A DNA stretch of 64,000 bases from Bacillota bacterium (GTDB lineage Bacteria; Bacillota; Limnochordia; Darwinibacteriales; DTU012), in NCBI GenBank assembly GCA_012837335.1, contig DURM01000008.1, positions 2,224 to 66,223 on the forward strand, written 5' to 3'. The notes beneath the pieces were generated by a model. That model saw only the letters and a list, made by a program, of their open reading frames with translations, ran no database searches and was not told the origin of the DNA. Below, piece by piece: positions 1 through 8,593 of the stretch (positions within the stretch are counted from its first letter, which is position 1; every line of letters begins with the position of its first letter). Position numbers and translations under genes: made by a program.

Positions 1-1073
1 CACACCTGAGAATTTACTTCTCCAAGGGAGTGTGTGGCATTCTTGGTTCTGCTTGCTGCTATGCCATACTCGTTGATCTGCTCCGGAGTCAGGCGCAGAT
101 CTGTAGGCAGCAGTGTCTGCATCAATTCTGCAAACTCACCAATATCCCTTAAGTTTAAAAGCTGCAGGATTCTCTCTACTCGTGACTTGGCGTACTGCAG
201 GTTATAGCGGAGATATTCAGCCATCAGCAAGCCATTGGCTTTACCGTGGGGTATCCCATGGAAATACGTAAGAGGATATCCCAAGGCGTGGACTACCGTT
301 GTACCGGTATGGGCAATCGCCATGCCGCCAAGAGCCGATGCTGTCAGCAGGCTTTCCCGCATTCCAGTAGAGAAAGCAGCCGACTTCAAATCTGGCAGGG
401 CTCGCCCCCATAAACGCAAGCCAGTTTTCACCAGCATGTCACTGCTGCCGGAAGCCCTCCGCGATAAATATGCCTCGATTAGATGAGACAGGGCATCAAC
501 CGCTGTGTTGCGGGTGATATCAAGTTCCAAAGACTCAGTATAGCGGTGATCTAAGAAAGCAATCTTTGGAAAGATGCTCCGATCACCAAATCCAGCTTTG
601 GTCTGTTTGTCCGGAAGTGTCAGCACCGAATACTGGGTTACCTCGCTGCCTGTGCCGGCTGTTGTGGGAACAGCAATGATCGGCAGTGGCTGATTAGGGT
701 AATCGCCGCTGTAAAGATGCTCTGGTGTAAAGCTGTTGACCGCTAATACTGCAATAGCCTTCGCAGCATCCAAAGCTGATCCCCCGCCGATTCCAACGAT
801 GAAGTCCGGTTTAAACTTGCGGGCAGCTTTAGCTCCTTGAACAACGTTAACGGTGGATGGATTGTTTTCCACATCATCAAAAACCTGATAAGCAATCCCA
901 TACTTGTCCAGAACCGCTGTTACGTCCCCGAAGGCACCGCTGGCCTTTGCTGAGTGTTTTCCGGTAACCAAGAGCGCTTTACTGCCGAACTTCTTAAATC
1001 TATCTCCACAGCGCGCAACCACTTCCTGACCCTGAATAATCTCCGTAGGCATATAAAAGCTGAAATTTAGCAC
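1..1073 (-). CDS. Iron-containing (group III) alcohol dehydrogenase; C-terminus cut off by the window edge
   Basis: The minus-strand frame is open from the window edge up to GTG at 1073, with an in-frame ATG at 1052. My hand translation reads (V/M)LNFSFYMPTEIIQGQ...GIGGGSALDAAKA...AVPTTAGTGSEVT...HALGYPL, which fits Fe-ADH family motifs. It is absent from the ORF track because the stop lies outside the window. Confidence 0.85.
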   Translation of the reverse strand, partial: MLNFSFYMPTEIIQGQEVVARCGDRFKKFGSKALLVTGKHSAKASGAFGDVTAVLDKYGIAYQVFDDVENNPSTVNVVQGAKAARKFKPDFIVGIGGGSALDAAKAIAVLAVNSFTPEHLYSGDYPNQPLPIIAVPTTAGTGSEVTQYSVLTLPDKQTKAGFGDRSIFPKIAFLDHRYTESLELDITRNTAVDALSHLIEAYLSRRASGSSDMLVKTGLRLWGRALPDLKSAAFSTGMRESLLTASALGGMAIAHTGTTVVHALGYPLTYFHGIPHGKANGLLMAEYLRYNLQYAKSRVERILQLLNLRDIGEFAELMQTLLPTDLRLTPEQINEYGIAASRTKNATHSLGEVNSQV

Positions 1074-1092
1074 TCGATCAACTCCCTCTGAT

Positions 1093-1812
1093 TCACTCAC
1101 TGCGTACATTTACACTGCTAAACCACGAACGGGTTACCAGCAGCAGGCGCGGATTGGCTTCATTTGCAGCTGGGCTTTGAAGAGTTTCTCCACCTAATAT
1201 TTTGCGGTTTCGCTCACCAAATAATCTCGTCGATGAAAAACGCGTTTTAACTTCAGCTAACACTCCTACATCTTCTGGGACTATGATTTCAACTTTGCCA
1301 AAAAGTGAAAGTACGTCTAAGCGCACCGCCCGATGCGTAATCGATTCCTCGCTCATCACAAAAGTCAGCTTGCCGAACACCGCGATCAGCGATGTATCCA
1401 GCAGTTCTTCTTTGGGGCATACAACAGTCTTGGGCAAGAGGTAAGCTTTGTATACAGTCTCCCCTCGCTCAAAAAGGCTGATAATGACGGCAATCAAAAA
1501 GATAAAAATAATCACCGGCCAAAAAACTACAATGCCCATGATCATTAAATAATAAATGGACTCTTGGCCCTTGGTAAACAGCTCAATTAGGTTTAACGCC
1601 AGCATGAATCCGGAAAAGACCATCAGCACAAATCCCGAGATCTTCATGCTTCTCTCTTCCTGCCTGAGCAGCTTGAACCCATACCACATTGGAATTACAA
1701 ACCAGAGTCGCGATATGACATAAATCAGGCCAAAGTCAATAACACCTAATACGTTCAAAATCCAAATAGCTGCGAGTATTGCTGTGATAGATCCAATCAG
1801 GATTTTGCGCAT
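1093..1812 (-). CDS. Polytopic membrane protein with a soluble C-terminal domain; possibly a LiaF/YvqF-like cell-envelope stress protein
   Basis: ORF track gives 1093..1839. A GGGGGAG Shine-Dalgarno sits 5 nt upstream of an internal ATG at 1812, which favours the shorter start. There are several N-terminal TM helices, then a beta-rich tail (GKLTFVMSEE...LDVLSLFGKVEIIVPEDVG). The family assignment is from memory only. Confidence 0.45.
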   Translation of the reverse strand: MRKILIGSITAILAAIWILNVLGVIDFGLIYVISRLWFVIPMWYGFKLLRQEERSMKISGFVLMVFSGFMLALNLIELFTKGQESIYYLMIMGIVVFWPVIIFIFLIAVIISLFERGETVYKAYLLPKTVVCPKEELLDTSLIAVFGKLTFVMSEESITHRAVRLDVLSLFGKVEIIVPEDVGVLAEVKTRFSSTRLFGERNRKILGGETLQSPAANEANPRLLLVTRSWFSSVNVRSE

Positions 1813-1884
1813 AACTTCTCCCCCATATTTTTCATGCATTTAAACTTCAATACAATAATGGGAAAATCCTGCCTTGGTTTTATA

Positions 1885-1920
1885 TAATAAAAAGCCCAAT
1901 CCTTTGGAGAGGATCAGGCT
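1885..1920 (-). terminator. Rho-independent terminator downstream of the 1935..2366 gene
   Basis: On the minus strand the sequence is AGCCUGAUCCU-cuccaa-AGGAUUGGGCU, an 11-bp stem that includes two G-U pairs. It is followed by UUUUUAUU. Confidence 0.5.
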
Positions 1921-1934
1921 CAGCAGTACTATAT

Positions 1935-2366
1935 TTAGGCATGAGCTTCCTTGAAACTTGGTTCGGCTTCGCTGACCACCGCCACATCATAGGTCGGTCC
2001 ATCCTTAATAATCTCAACCGCAATTACGGATCCTTCCACTTCAATCTCTGTGGGCTTCTGCTTGCGGCTAACTTGATACAGTGTGGAGCGGATTGTCGAC
2101 TCATTGACATCCTGGCGGTGCTTAAAGAACTCCTTAACCACGGCCTTAGCAGTAATTGGCTCGTTCTCAGCTTTCACCAATCTGTAAACTATTTCCACTA
2201 CTGACTTGGTCAGTGAAGTTCCGTTGCGGCCGCTCGTGTATGGTTCTCTAAGAAACGAATCAAGTTTGCGCAGATGCTGCTCTTTTTTCGCTAATTCATC
2301 TTTAAGATGGTTAATCTCCGAGATTAACAGTTCCCGGGCCTGCCTTAAAGAATCTTCATATCCCAC
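1935..2366 (-). CDS. Hypothetical protein with an N-terminal coiled coil and a possible winged-helix/HARE-HTH-like C-terminal half
   Basis: ORF track gives 1935..2375. AAGGAG lies 8 nt upstream of GTG at 2366, so the start is probably there (MGYEDSLRQ...). I recognise no enzymatic motif. The HTH idea rests only on the pattern SLTKSVVEIVYRLVKAENEPITAKAVVKEF...STIRSTLYQ. Confidence 0.5.
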   Translation of the reverse strand: MGYEDSLRQARELLISEINHLKDELAKKEQHLRKLDSFLREPYTSGRNGTSLTKSVVEIVYRLVKAENEPITAKAVVKEFFKHRQDVNESTIRSTLYQVSRKQKPTEIEVEGSVIAVEIIKDGPTYDVAVVSEAEPSFKEAHA

Positions 2367-2439
2367 AGTTTTCACTCCTTCTCAAATATTGGCCTCAAAC
2401 TCAACGCTCCAGTACTTATTATTGTCCAATATTTGTGCA

Positions 2440-2468
2440 ATTATAACTGCCCTCAATAAGTCCGTAAA
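2440..2468 (-). promoter_or_regulatory. Sigma-A type promoter for the 1935..2366 gene
   Basis: Minus strand reads TTTACG (2468..2463), a 17-nt spacer, then a perfect TATAAT (2445..2440). It sits about 70 nt upstream of the start codon. Confidence 0.5.
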
Positions 2469-2477
2469 CGTTTCCGG
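2462..2477. promoter_or_regulatory. 16-bp near-perfect palindrome CCGTAAACGTTTCCGG; LacI-family-type operator overlapping the -35 element
   Basis: Read directly from the sequence. It shares the core GTAAACGTTT(C/G)CG with the two sites upstream of the LacI gene at 50279..50326. Confidence 0.5.
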
Positions 2478-2562
2478 AATAAATGAGTCTCTAATTATAA
2501 AATATCATATTATGCATTATAAGTCAAAATAAATTTACAACTTCGCTATATTTATTTACTTT

Positions 2563-4113
2563 TCACCTATTCTCAACTTCAAAAACCAGACTGTGCCAAT
2601 CTGATACGGTGTAAATATCGATGAGGGTAATATCCTGATAAAATGCCTGTAAAATATCCTCATAGCTGTAACCAGCTTCAGCCATCCCTCTTGCTCCCCA
2701 TTGGCTCATACCGACACCGTGACCGATGCCGCCGCCGTAAACTATTACCTCCGCAATTTCATTATTATTCCGGTTAATCTCAAACGCGATATTAGCGCTG
2801 GGCAGCAGAGAGTAATTCAATATTTGATCATGCATTCTGTGAATAACAATGTCCTCTGAGCCAGTATAGCGATTAGTCGGACACAATAAACTGCGGATAT
2901 TCAATTCTTTGCTCACCCGGAAAGTGCCATTAGTGCTGACGATGTCAACTGACAGGGCATTGCCCCCACTGCCGCGGGCACTGACTTTGATATCCAAAAG
3001 CTCTCCGATTCCATCCTCCGGTATAGGAGCTGATACAAACTCTCCGCTGCTGTTTTGCGTAAGCACAAATTCAGGCTGAGCCCGATAGCGATCAGCAAGA
3101 TTGGCATTGATGATTTGTTCCAGCTGCTTACGGGTGAACTTAACCTGCCAGCGAAACCACGGAGACTGCTTTTCATAGCTATCAATAGTTTTATCCCGCA
3201 AAAATGCGAAAGCCTGCTCTTCGTCGCTCCAATCTACTACGAGATCCGAAGTCAAAACAGAACGGGAGAGCAGATAGGAAATCGGGGTTCCGGGAAAACT
3301 TGAGCGGGTGCTTCCTCCCCATACCTCATGGGCTGCAGCGGTAAAACCACTGGAAGTGGAATGGAAATAGGAACGCACCAAAAGACCGCTGCTGTCAAGC
3401 ATGACTATGCCGGAAGTCTGATCAACAGCTTCCTTTGCCCTACTGTCCTCCTGCCGATTGTTATAGACCTGGGCAAACACGCTGTCATCAACATGGTAAC
3501 TGCGCCCCGCTGATCTCGCCTCAATAATCGCCCTGACAACATAGGTGCGGGAAGCGACAGCCTGAGCTTTCAGCGCCTCTAAAGGCGATGAAACCGGCAT
3601 TTCGCTGGGCACCACCCCATAGAGATAGTCTTCAACAGTTACCGTATTGATGATCTGCAGTTTGTGGGACTCGGTTAAGGTGATTTCTAGAAAGCCCCGA
3701 TAAGAGGGACTAAAACCCCAAGCATCTCCCCGCTTAATACTTTCCAATGTTAAGCGGCAGTTATGCTCAGGGTAGACCCAGACCGGGGATCCCATTAATA
3801 ACTGTTCGTGATCATCCGCCACTAAAATACCTTCAGCGGTAGGGACAATTGTAACCGGACCGGAACTGACAAAGTTGTGCTCGAAACCGATCAGGATTAT
3901 CGGGCCGCCATCACTGCTGACCACAGCCTGGTCGTGATCTAATTCGGTGAATCCATCAGTTTTAATCGCAACCCGAAACTCTGCGTTGCGGGCGCTGACT
4001 GCGCCGCAGGTAAAAATAAGCAAAACTAAAACTAACCAATACTTCAAGCGATACACCAAATCCCAGACACCCACCTTGATCAGCTGCCTAAAAGAGCTTT
4101 GCCATTTGATCAT
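2563..4113 (-). CDS. SpoIID/LytB domain protein (stage II sporulation protein D family), long form
   Basis: 516-aa ORF with an N-terminal signal/anchor. It carries LEALKAQAVASRTYVV and GGGIGHGVGMSQWGARGMA motifs typical of SpoIID/LytB. The start overlaps the xylB stop by 26 nt, so the true start may be further downstream. Confidence 0.8.
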   Translation of the reverse strand: MIKWQSSFRQLIKVGVWDLVYRLKYWLVLVLLIFTCGAVSARNAEFRVAIKTDGFTELDHDQAVVSSDGGPIILIGFEHNFVSSGPVTIVPTAEGILVADDHEQLLMGSPVWVYPEHNCRLTLESIKRGDAWGFSPSYRGFLEITLTESHKLQIINTVTVEDYLYGVVPSEMPVSSPLEALKAQAVASRTYVVRAIIEARSAGRSYHVDDSVFAQVYNNRQEDSRAKEAVDQTSGIVMLDSSGLLVRSYFHSTSSGFTAAAHEVWGGSTRSSFPGTPISYLLSRSVLTSDLVVDWSDEEQAFAFLRDKTIDSYEKQSPWFRWQVKFTRKQLEQIINANLADRYRAQPEFVLTQNSSGEFVSAPIPEDGIGELLDIKVSARGSGGNALSVDIVSTNGTFRVSKELNIRSLLCPTNRYTGSEDIVIHRMHDQILNYSLLPSANIAFEINRNNNEIAEVIVYGGGIGHGVGMSQWGARGMAEAGYSYEDILQAFYQDITLIDIYTVSDWHSLVFEVENR

Positions 4114-5614
4114 ACATTGGTTTTAACGCCGGATAGAGACTCTTGTAAACCTGGTAAACATCTAAATAAATACCATGCCATTCTTCATTAGGATCGATAG
4201 TGCTGGTCACCTTTAAGATTGCTTCGGAAGCCTCTTTAGGATCACTGAACGCGCCAACACCTACTCCAGCCAGAAGCGCAGCGCCTACACCAGGACCTTC
4301 ATCCACATTGAGTGTCTGCATCTGCAGCCCCAGAATACTTGCTAAAATCTCTAACCACAGGCGGGACTTAGCACCGCCCCCGATGCATCTCATGGAGTCT
4401 CCGGTCCAGCCTGCCTGCTGCAGCAGACAGAGCGAATCGCGAAAAGCAAAGCCAACTCCCTCTAAAATTGCCCGGACCAGATCGCGCCGCCCATGAGAAG
4501 CGCTCAAACCAAAGAAACCACCCCGGGCATTGCCATCGCCGTGAGGAGTGCGCTCTCCGGTTAGATAGGGCAGGAAGATCAGGCCTTTACTTCCCGGTGG
4601 ACTGAGTTCTGCTTCGGTGCTGAGCAGTGTGTAGGGATCTGTGCCGAGACTGCCCGCAACTGCAGTTTCCATCTGCCCAAAATGATTTCTAAACCACCCG
4701 AATGATAAACCGGCAGAAAGAATTACACCCATCATATAAAAGCGATCTTTAACCGCGTGGTTAAACATATGAATTGTACCGCCATTAGGGAGCTTGGGCA
4801 CATCCAAATGGGCAAGCATCACACCGCTTGTCCCTAAACTGATCATAGCACGCCCGGCTGCCACTATCCCGGCTCCAACAGCACCGCACGCGTTATCAGC
4901 GCCGCCGCCGACTACCGGAGTGCCAGGAGCTAATCCGGTTATATCTGCGGCCTCTGGTGTGATTGTACCCGCAATCTCACTCGATCCTACCAGCTCCGGC
5001 AGGATCTCCATGGGAAGACCGAGTTTGTTCATAATCACATCCGACCACCGCTGCTCCTTAACATTCAGCAGCAGGGTACCGGCAGCATCGCTCAGTTCCA
5101 TTTTTAACTCACCGGTCAGGCGGAAGCGGATGTAGTCCTTAACCAGCACCAACCAGCGCACTTTTTCGAAATTCTCCGGCTCATTTTCCTTCAGCCACAG
5201 AACCTTAGGCGCAGTAAACCCTTCCAGCGCCGGATTGCAGGCCTCTTTGAGCAGCTGCTCTTTCCCAACTATGGTTTCAATATCATAGCACTGTTTTGTG
5301 GTGCGGCTGTCATTCCATAAAATTGCCGGTCGGATCACATTCCCTTCACTGTCAAGAAATACAGAACTGTGCATCTGACCGGATAGACCGATACCTTTGA
5401 CTTCGGTTGAATCAACATCATATTTATCGAGTACTTTTCTTAACGCAGTAACTGTTCCCTGCCACAGTTCTTCTGGCTCCTGCTCTGTCCATCCGGGTCG
5501 AGGCGAATACAGGGGATATTCCTGTGATGCAGAACCAACAATCTCGCCATCGACGGTAATCAGCAGTGCTTTAACCTGCGATGTGCCAATATCTAAACCT
5601 ATTAAATAACCCAT
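4088..5614 (-). CDS. xylB: Xylulokinase (FGGY carbohydrate kinase family)
   Basis: 508-aa ORF. The N-terminus YLIGLDIGTSQVKALLI...PGWTEQEPEELW and the GGGAKS motif near the C-terminus are typical of XylB-type FGGY kinases. AAGGAGAGA Shine-Dalgarno lies upstream. Confidence 0.8.
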   Translation of the reverse strand: MGYLIGLDIGTSQVKALLITVDGEIVGSASQEYPLYSPRPGWTEQEPEELWQGTVTALRKVLDKYDVDSTEVKGIGLSGQMHSSVFLDSEGNVIRPAILWNDSRTTKQCYDIETIVGKEQLLKEACNPALEGFTAPKVLWLKENEPENFEKVRWLVLVKDYIRFRLTGELKMELSDAAGTLLLNVKEQRWSDVIMNKLGLPMEILPELVGSSEIAGTITPEAADITGLAPGTPVVGGGADNACGAVGAGIVAAGRAMISLGTSGVMLAHLDVPKLPNGGTIHMFNHAVKDRFYMMGVILSAGLSFGWFRNHFGQMETAVAGSLGTDPYTLLSTEAELSPPGSKGLIFLPYLTGERTPHGDGNARGGFFGLSASHGRRDLVRAILEGVGFAFRDSLCLLQQAGWTGDSMRCIGGGAKSRLWLEILASILGLQMQTLNVDEGPGVGAALLAGVGVGAFSDPKEASEAILKVTSTIDPNEEWHGIYLDVYQVYKSLYPALKPMYDQMAKLF

Positions 5615-5734
5615 GCCCGTCTCTCCTTACTTGCTTTATTCACTCTCTCCGCTGTTCACGGAAGTTGCTGAACTAGTCTTAGCTTGTTGTTTATGTTATA
5701 ATGACGATAATGTATTGCTTAAAGGAGTTTAAGA

Positions 5735-6595
5735 ATGAATGAATGCTGTATAATAATCGATGGATTTGCTCTGGTATATCGCGCTTATTTCGGTCTGCCC
5801 AACTCAATTCGCAACATAGACGGCACAGCAATTAATGCCGTACTTGGTTTTTACAACACCCTTTCCTCGCTGATCAACCAAATGCAGCCAAAATACTTAG
5901 TGGCAGTATTTGATCACCATGAACCTACCTTCCGCCACAAGCTCTATCCCCAATACAAAGCCAACCGGCCGCCCATGCCTGAGGATCTCCAGGCTCAGTT
6001 GCCTTTAATCAAAGAGCTCTTGACGGCATGCAGCATCCCCATCATTAAGCTGCCTGGCTATGAGGCCGATGATGTAATCGGTACACTTACCCGCGCTCTG
6101 CCGGATGATACCGAAGCGTATGTTGTTACCGTTGATCGCGATACCCTGCAGCTGGTCAATGAGCGGGTTACCGTCTTAATCCCCAACAGCAGAGAAAATA
6201 AAATCTATACACCGGACACTGTTAAAGCTGAAACACAGGTAGCTCCAAAGCTGATACCTGACTTGAAGGCTTTAATGGGAGACTCCAGTGATAACATTCC
6301 GGGAATCAGCTTAGTTGGACCTAAAACAGCAGTAAAGTGGCTGAAGCGCTTTGGCAGTTTGGAAGCAATTCTTGCCGAAGCAGATCAACTGCCGGGTAAA
6401 GCCGGAGCCAACCTGCGGGCCAGCAAAGAGCTTGCACTGCTGTACAAGAACTTGACAACAATTAGGACAAATGCGCCCATCATGTGCTGCTGGAACCACT
6501 GCAGGTTGACTGCGGATTTTCGACCACTCCACGCGACTTTAGAGGAGATCGGCATCAGAGCCAAACTGCCTCAAACAGCCGATGTCGCGCGGTGA
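5735..6595 (+). CDS. Stand-alone 5'-3' exonuclease / flap endonuclease (Pol I N-terminal domain family)
   Basis: 286-aa ORF with AAGGAG 7 nt upstream. Contains PGYEADDVIGTL and GDSSDNIPGI (H3TH) motifs. Confidence 0.85.
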   Translation: MNECCIIIDGFALVYRAYFGLPNSIRNIDGTAINAVLGFYNTLSSLINQMQPKYLVAVFDHHEPTFRHKLYPQYKANRPPMPEDLQAQLPLIKELLTACSIPIIKLPGYEADDVIGTLTRALPDDTEAYVVTVDRDTLQLVNERVTVLIPNSRENKIYTPDTVKAETQVAPKLIPDLKALMGDSSDNIPGISLVGPKTAVKWLKRFGSLEAILAEADQLPGKAGANLRASKELALLYKNLTTIRTNAPIMCCWNHCRLTADFRPLHATLEEIGIRAKLPQTADVAR

Positions 6596-6664
6596 TTTAA
6601 CACATATATAATATTCTTGACAAAATTAAAAAACCCTGCGGAATTTTCCAACCCAAATCCCGAT

Positions 6665-8473
6665 TTATTCAACCTCCGCTATCAACTGCTCCATCTGGTC
6701 AATTAGACCGCCGAATACCTCAATCGCTTTGACAATCGGTTCTGGAGTAGTCATATCCACCCCAGCTCGCTTTAAGAGATTGAGAGGATAATCCGATCCG
6801 CCGCTCTTGAGGAAGTTGAGATAGCGCTCAACAGCCGGTTCTCCCTCTTCTAAAATCTGCTGGGACAGCGCCACTGCTGCTGAAAATCCGGTTGCATACT
6901 TATATACATAAAACGGACGGTAGAAATGGGGAATCCGAGCCCACTCCAGGGCAATTTCCGGATCGCTGACAACATCTGGTCCGTAGTATTTCTGGTTGAG
7001 CTCATGATAGGTTTGACAGAGGCTTTCGGCAGTCATGGGATTGCCACTGCCAATCTGTCTGTGGACAATTTCTTCGAATTCGGCGAACATGGTCTGCCGG
7101 AAAACAGTCCCGCGGAACTGCTCTAAATAATGGTTGAGCAGATAGAGTTTCTGCTTCGGATCGGTTGTTTTCGCAAGCAAATCATGCATCAGCAGTGACT
7201 CGTTAACAGTCGATGCGACTTCAGCTACGAAAATTGTGTAATCTGAGTTTACATATTCCTGGTTCAGATCCGAGTAATAAGTGTGCATCGCGTGACCCAT
7301 TTCGTGAGCAAGCGTGAACATATTGTCAACATTGTTTTCATAGTTCATCAGCACATAAGGATGCACGCCATAAACACCGGCAGAGTAAGCTCCGCTGGTT
7401 TTCCCTTGGTTTTCAAACCAGTCAATCCATCCTTCTGCGAAGCCCCGAGCCAGATCGGCAGAATACTGCTCCCCAAGTGGAGCTAAACCTTCCTTCACCA
7501 TCTCAACAGCCTGCTCAGGGGTTATCTCCATATCGATATCCTGCACAAGAGGCACATAGATATCATACATATGCAGCTCATCTAAATCAAGCATGCGTTT
7601 CCGCAGCTTTGTGTAGCGGTAAAAAGTCGGCAAGCTGTCGTGAATAGTTTTAATTAGATTATGGTATACTTCCGGCTTAACATTATCGGCATTCAAAGCA
7701 GCTTCCAGAGATGAATCGTACTTCCGAGTCTTAGCAAAAAACAGTGCCTTTTTGACCGCAGAAGTATAGGTAGCTGCCAAAGTGTTCTTCCACTTGCCAT
7801 AAGTAGAATACATGGCTTCAAAAGCGCTTTTGCGCACACTCCGATCCTTGCTTTCCATGAAACTGATGTATCGGCCGTGAGTCAGTTCCACCTCACTGCC
7901 GTCCTCATCTTTGATGGTGGGAAACTTCAAATCGGCATTGTTGAACATCCTAAAAATCTGGCTGGCCGCTTGAGCCATCTCGCCAGCGCTCGCTAAAATC
8001 TCTTCCTGCTCGGTGGGCAGTGTATGGGGTTTGGTTCTGAGGATATTGTCCAGATAATGCTGGTATACTTTCAGCTCTTCATGCTCCTGGGCCCATTTGC
8101 GAACCGTTTCTTCGGGCAGGCTTAAGATCTCCGGCTCCACATAAGCCAGATTGCTGGCAATTACCGCGCTGATATTGATTACCCGATCGTAGAACTCCTG
8201 GTAGAGCGGATTGGTGTTGTCCTGATCCTTGCTCATCATGGCATAACCAGCCAGTTTATCAAACTTCATGCCCACTTCATCCTGGGCACGCAGACATGCC
8301 GCAAGATTCTCCGGCGAATCTAACTTACCGCGGAAATCCTGCAATCGGGGAATAAACTCCTTCAGCGCTTCAAAGTCTTCCCTCCAAGCATCGTCAGAAG
8401 GATAAATATCAGTCAGCTTCCACTTATGCTCGCTGGGAATTTCGCTGCGCTTCGGCACAGTTTTCGTACTCAT
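6665..8473 (-). CDS. pepF: Oligoendopeptidase F (M3B metallopeptidase)
   Basis: Contains the HEMGH zinc motif and has the length and sequence pattern typical of PepF. The tracked ORF starts at TTG 8491, but AGGAG lies 9 nt before ATG at 8473. Confidence 0.9.
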   Translation of the reverse strand: MSTKTVPKRSEIPSEHKWKLTDIYPSDDAWREDFEALKEFIPRLQDFRGKLDSPENLAACLRAQDEVGMKFDKLAGYAMMSKDQDNTNPLYQEFYDRVINISAVIASNLAYVEPEILSLPEETVRKWAQEHEELKVYQHYLDNILRTKPHTLPTEQEEILASAGEMAQAASQIFRMFNNADLKFPTIKDEDGSEVELTHGRYISFMESKDRSVRKSAFEAMYSTYGKWKNTLAATYTSAVKKALFFAKTRKYDSSLEAALNADNVKPEVYHNLIKTIHDSLPTFYRYTKLRKRMLDLDELHMYDIYVPLVQDIDMEITPEQAVEMVKEGLAPLGEQYSADLARGFAEGWIDWFENQGKTSGAYSAGVYGVHPYVLMNYENNVDNMFTLAHEMGHAMHTYYSDLNQEYVNSDYTIFVAEVASTVNESLLMHDLLAKTTDPKQKLYLLNHYLEQFRGTVFRQTMFAEFEEIVHRQIGSGNPMTAESLCQTYHELNQKYYGPDVVSDPEIALEWARIPHFYRPFYVYKYATGFSAAVALSQQILEEGEPAVERYLNFLKSGGSDYPLNLLKRAGVDMTTPEPIVKAIEVFGGLIDQMEQLIAEVE

Positions 8474-8593
8474 ACTTTCATCTCCTTGCAATCCTATTTT
8501 TGCCTATGTGGTACTATTATACCAAAAACTACAAAGGAAAGTCGGACTTTTTTGTGGAAGTAAAGTATCATCACTGCTTGAGGATGAGAGTAC

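Noticed and set aside
235-486. 83-aa plus-strand ORF near the window start
   Set aside because: It is antisense to the Fe-alcohol dehydrogenase frame, which carries clear family motifs.
1237-1248. 12-bp perfect palindrome AAAACGCGTTTT
   Set aside because: It lies inside the coding region of the LiaF-like gene and has a CGCG core rather than the GTAAACGTTT motif. It is most likely chance.
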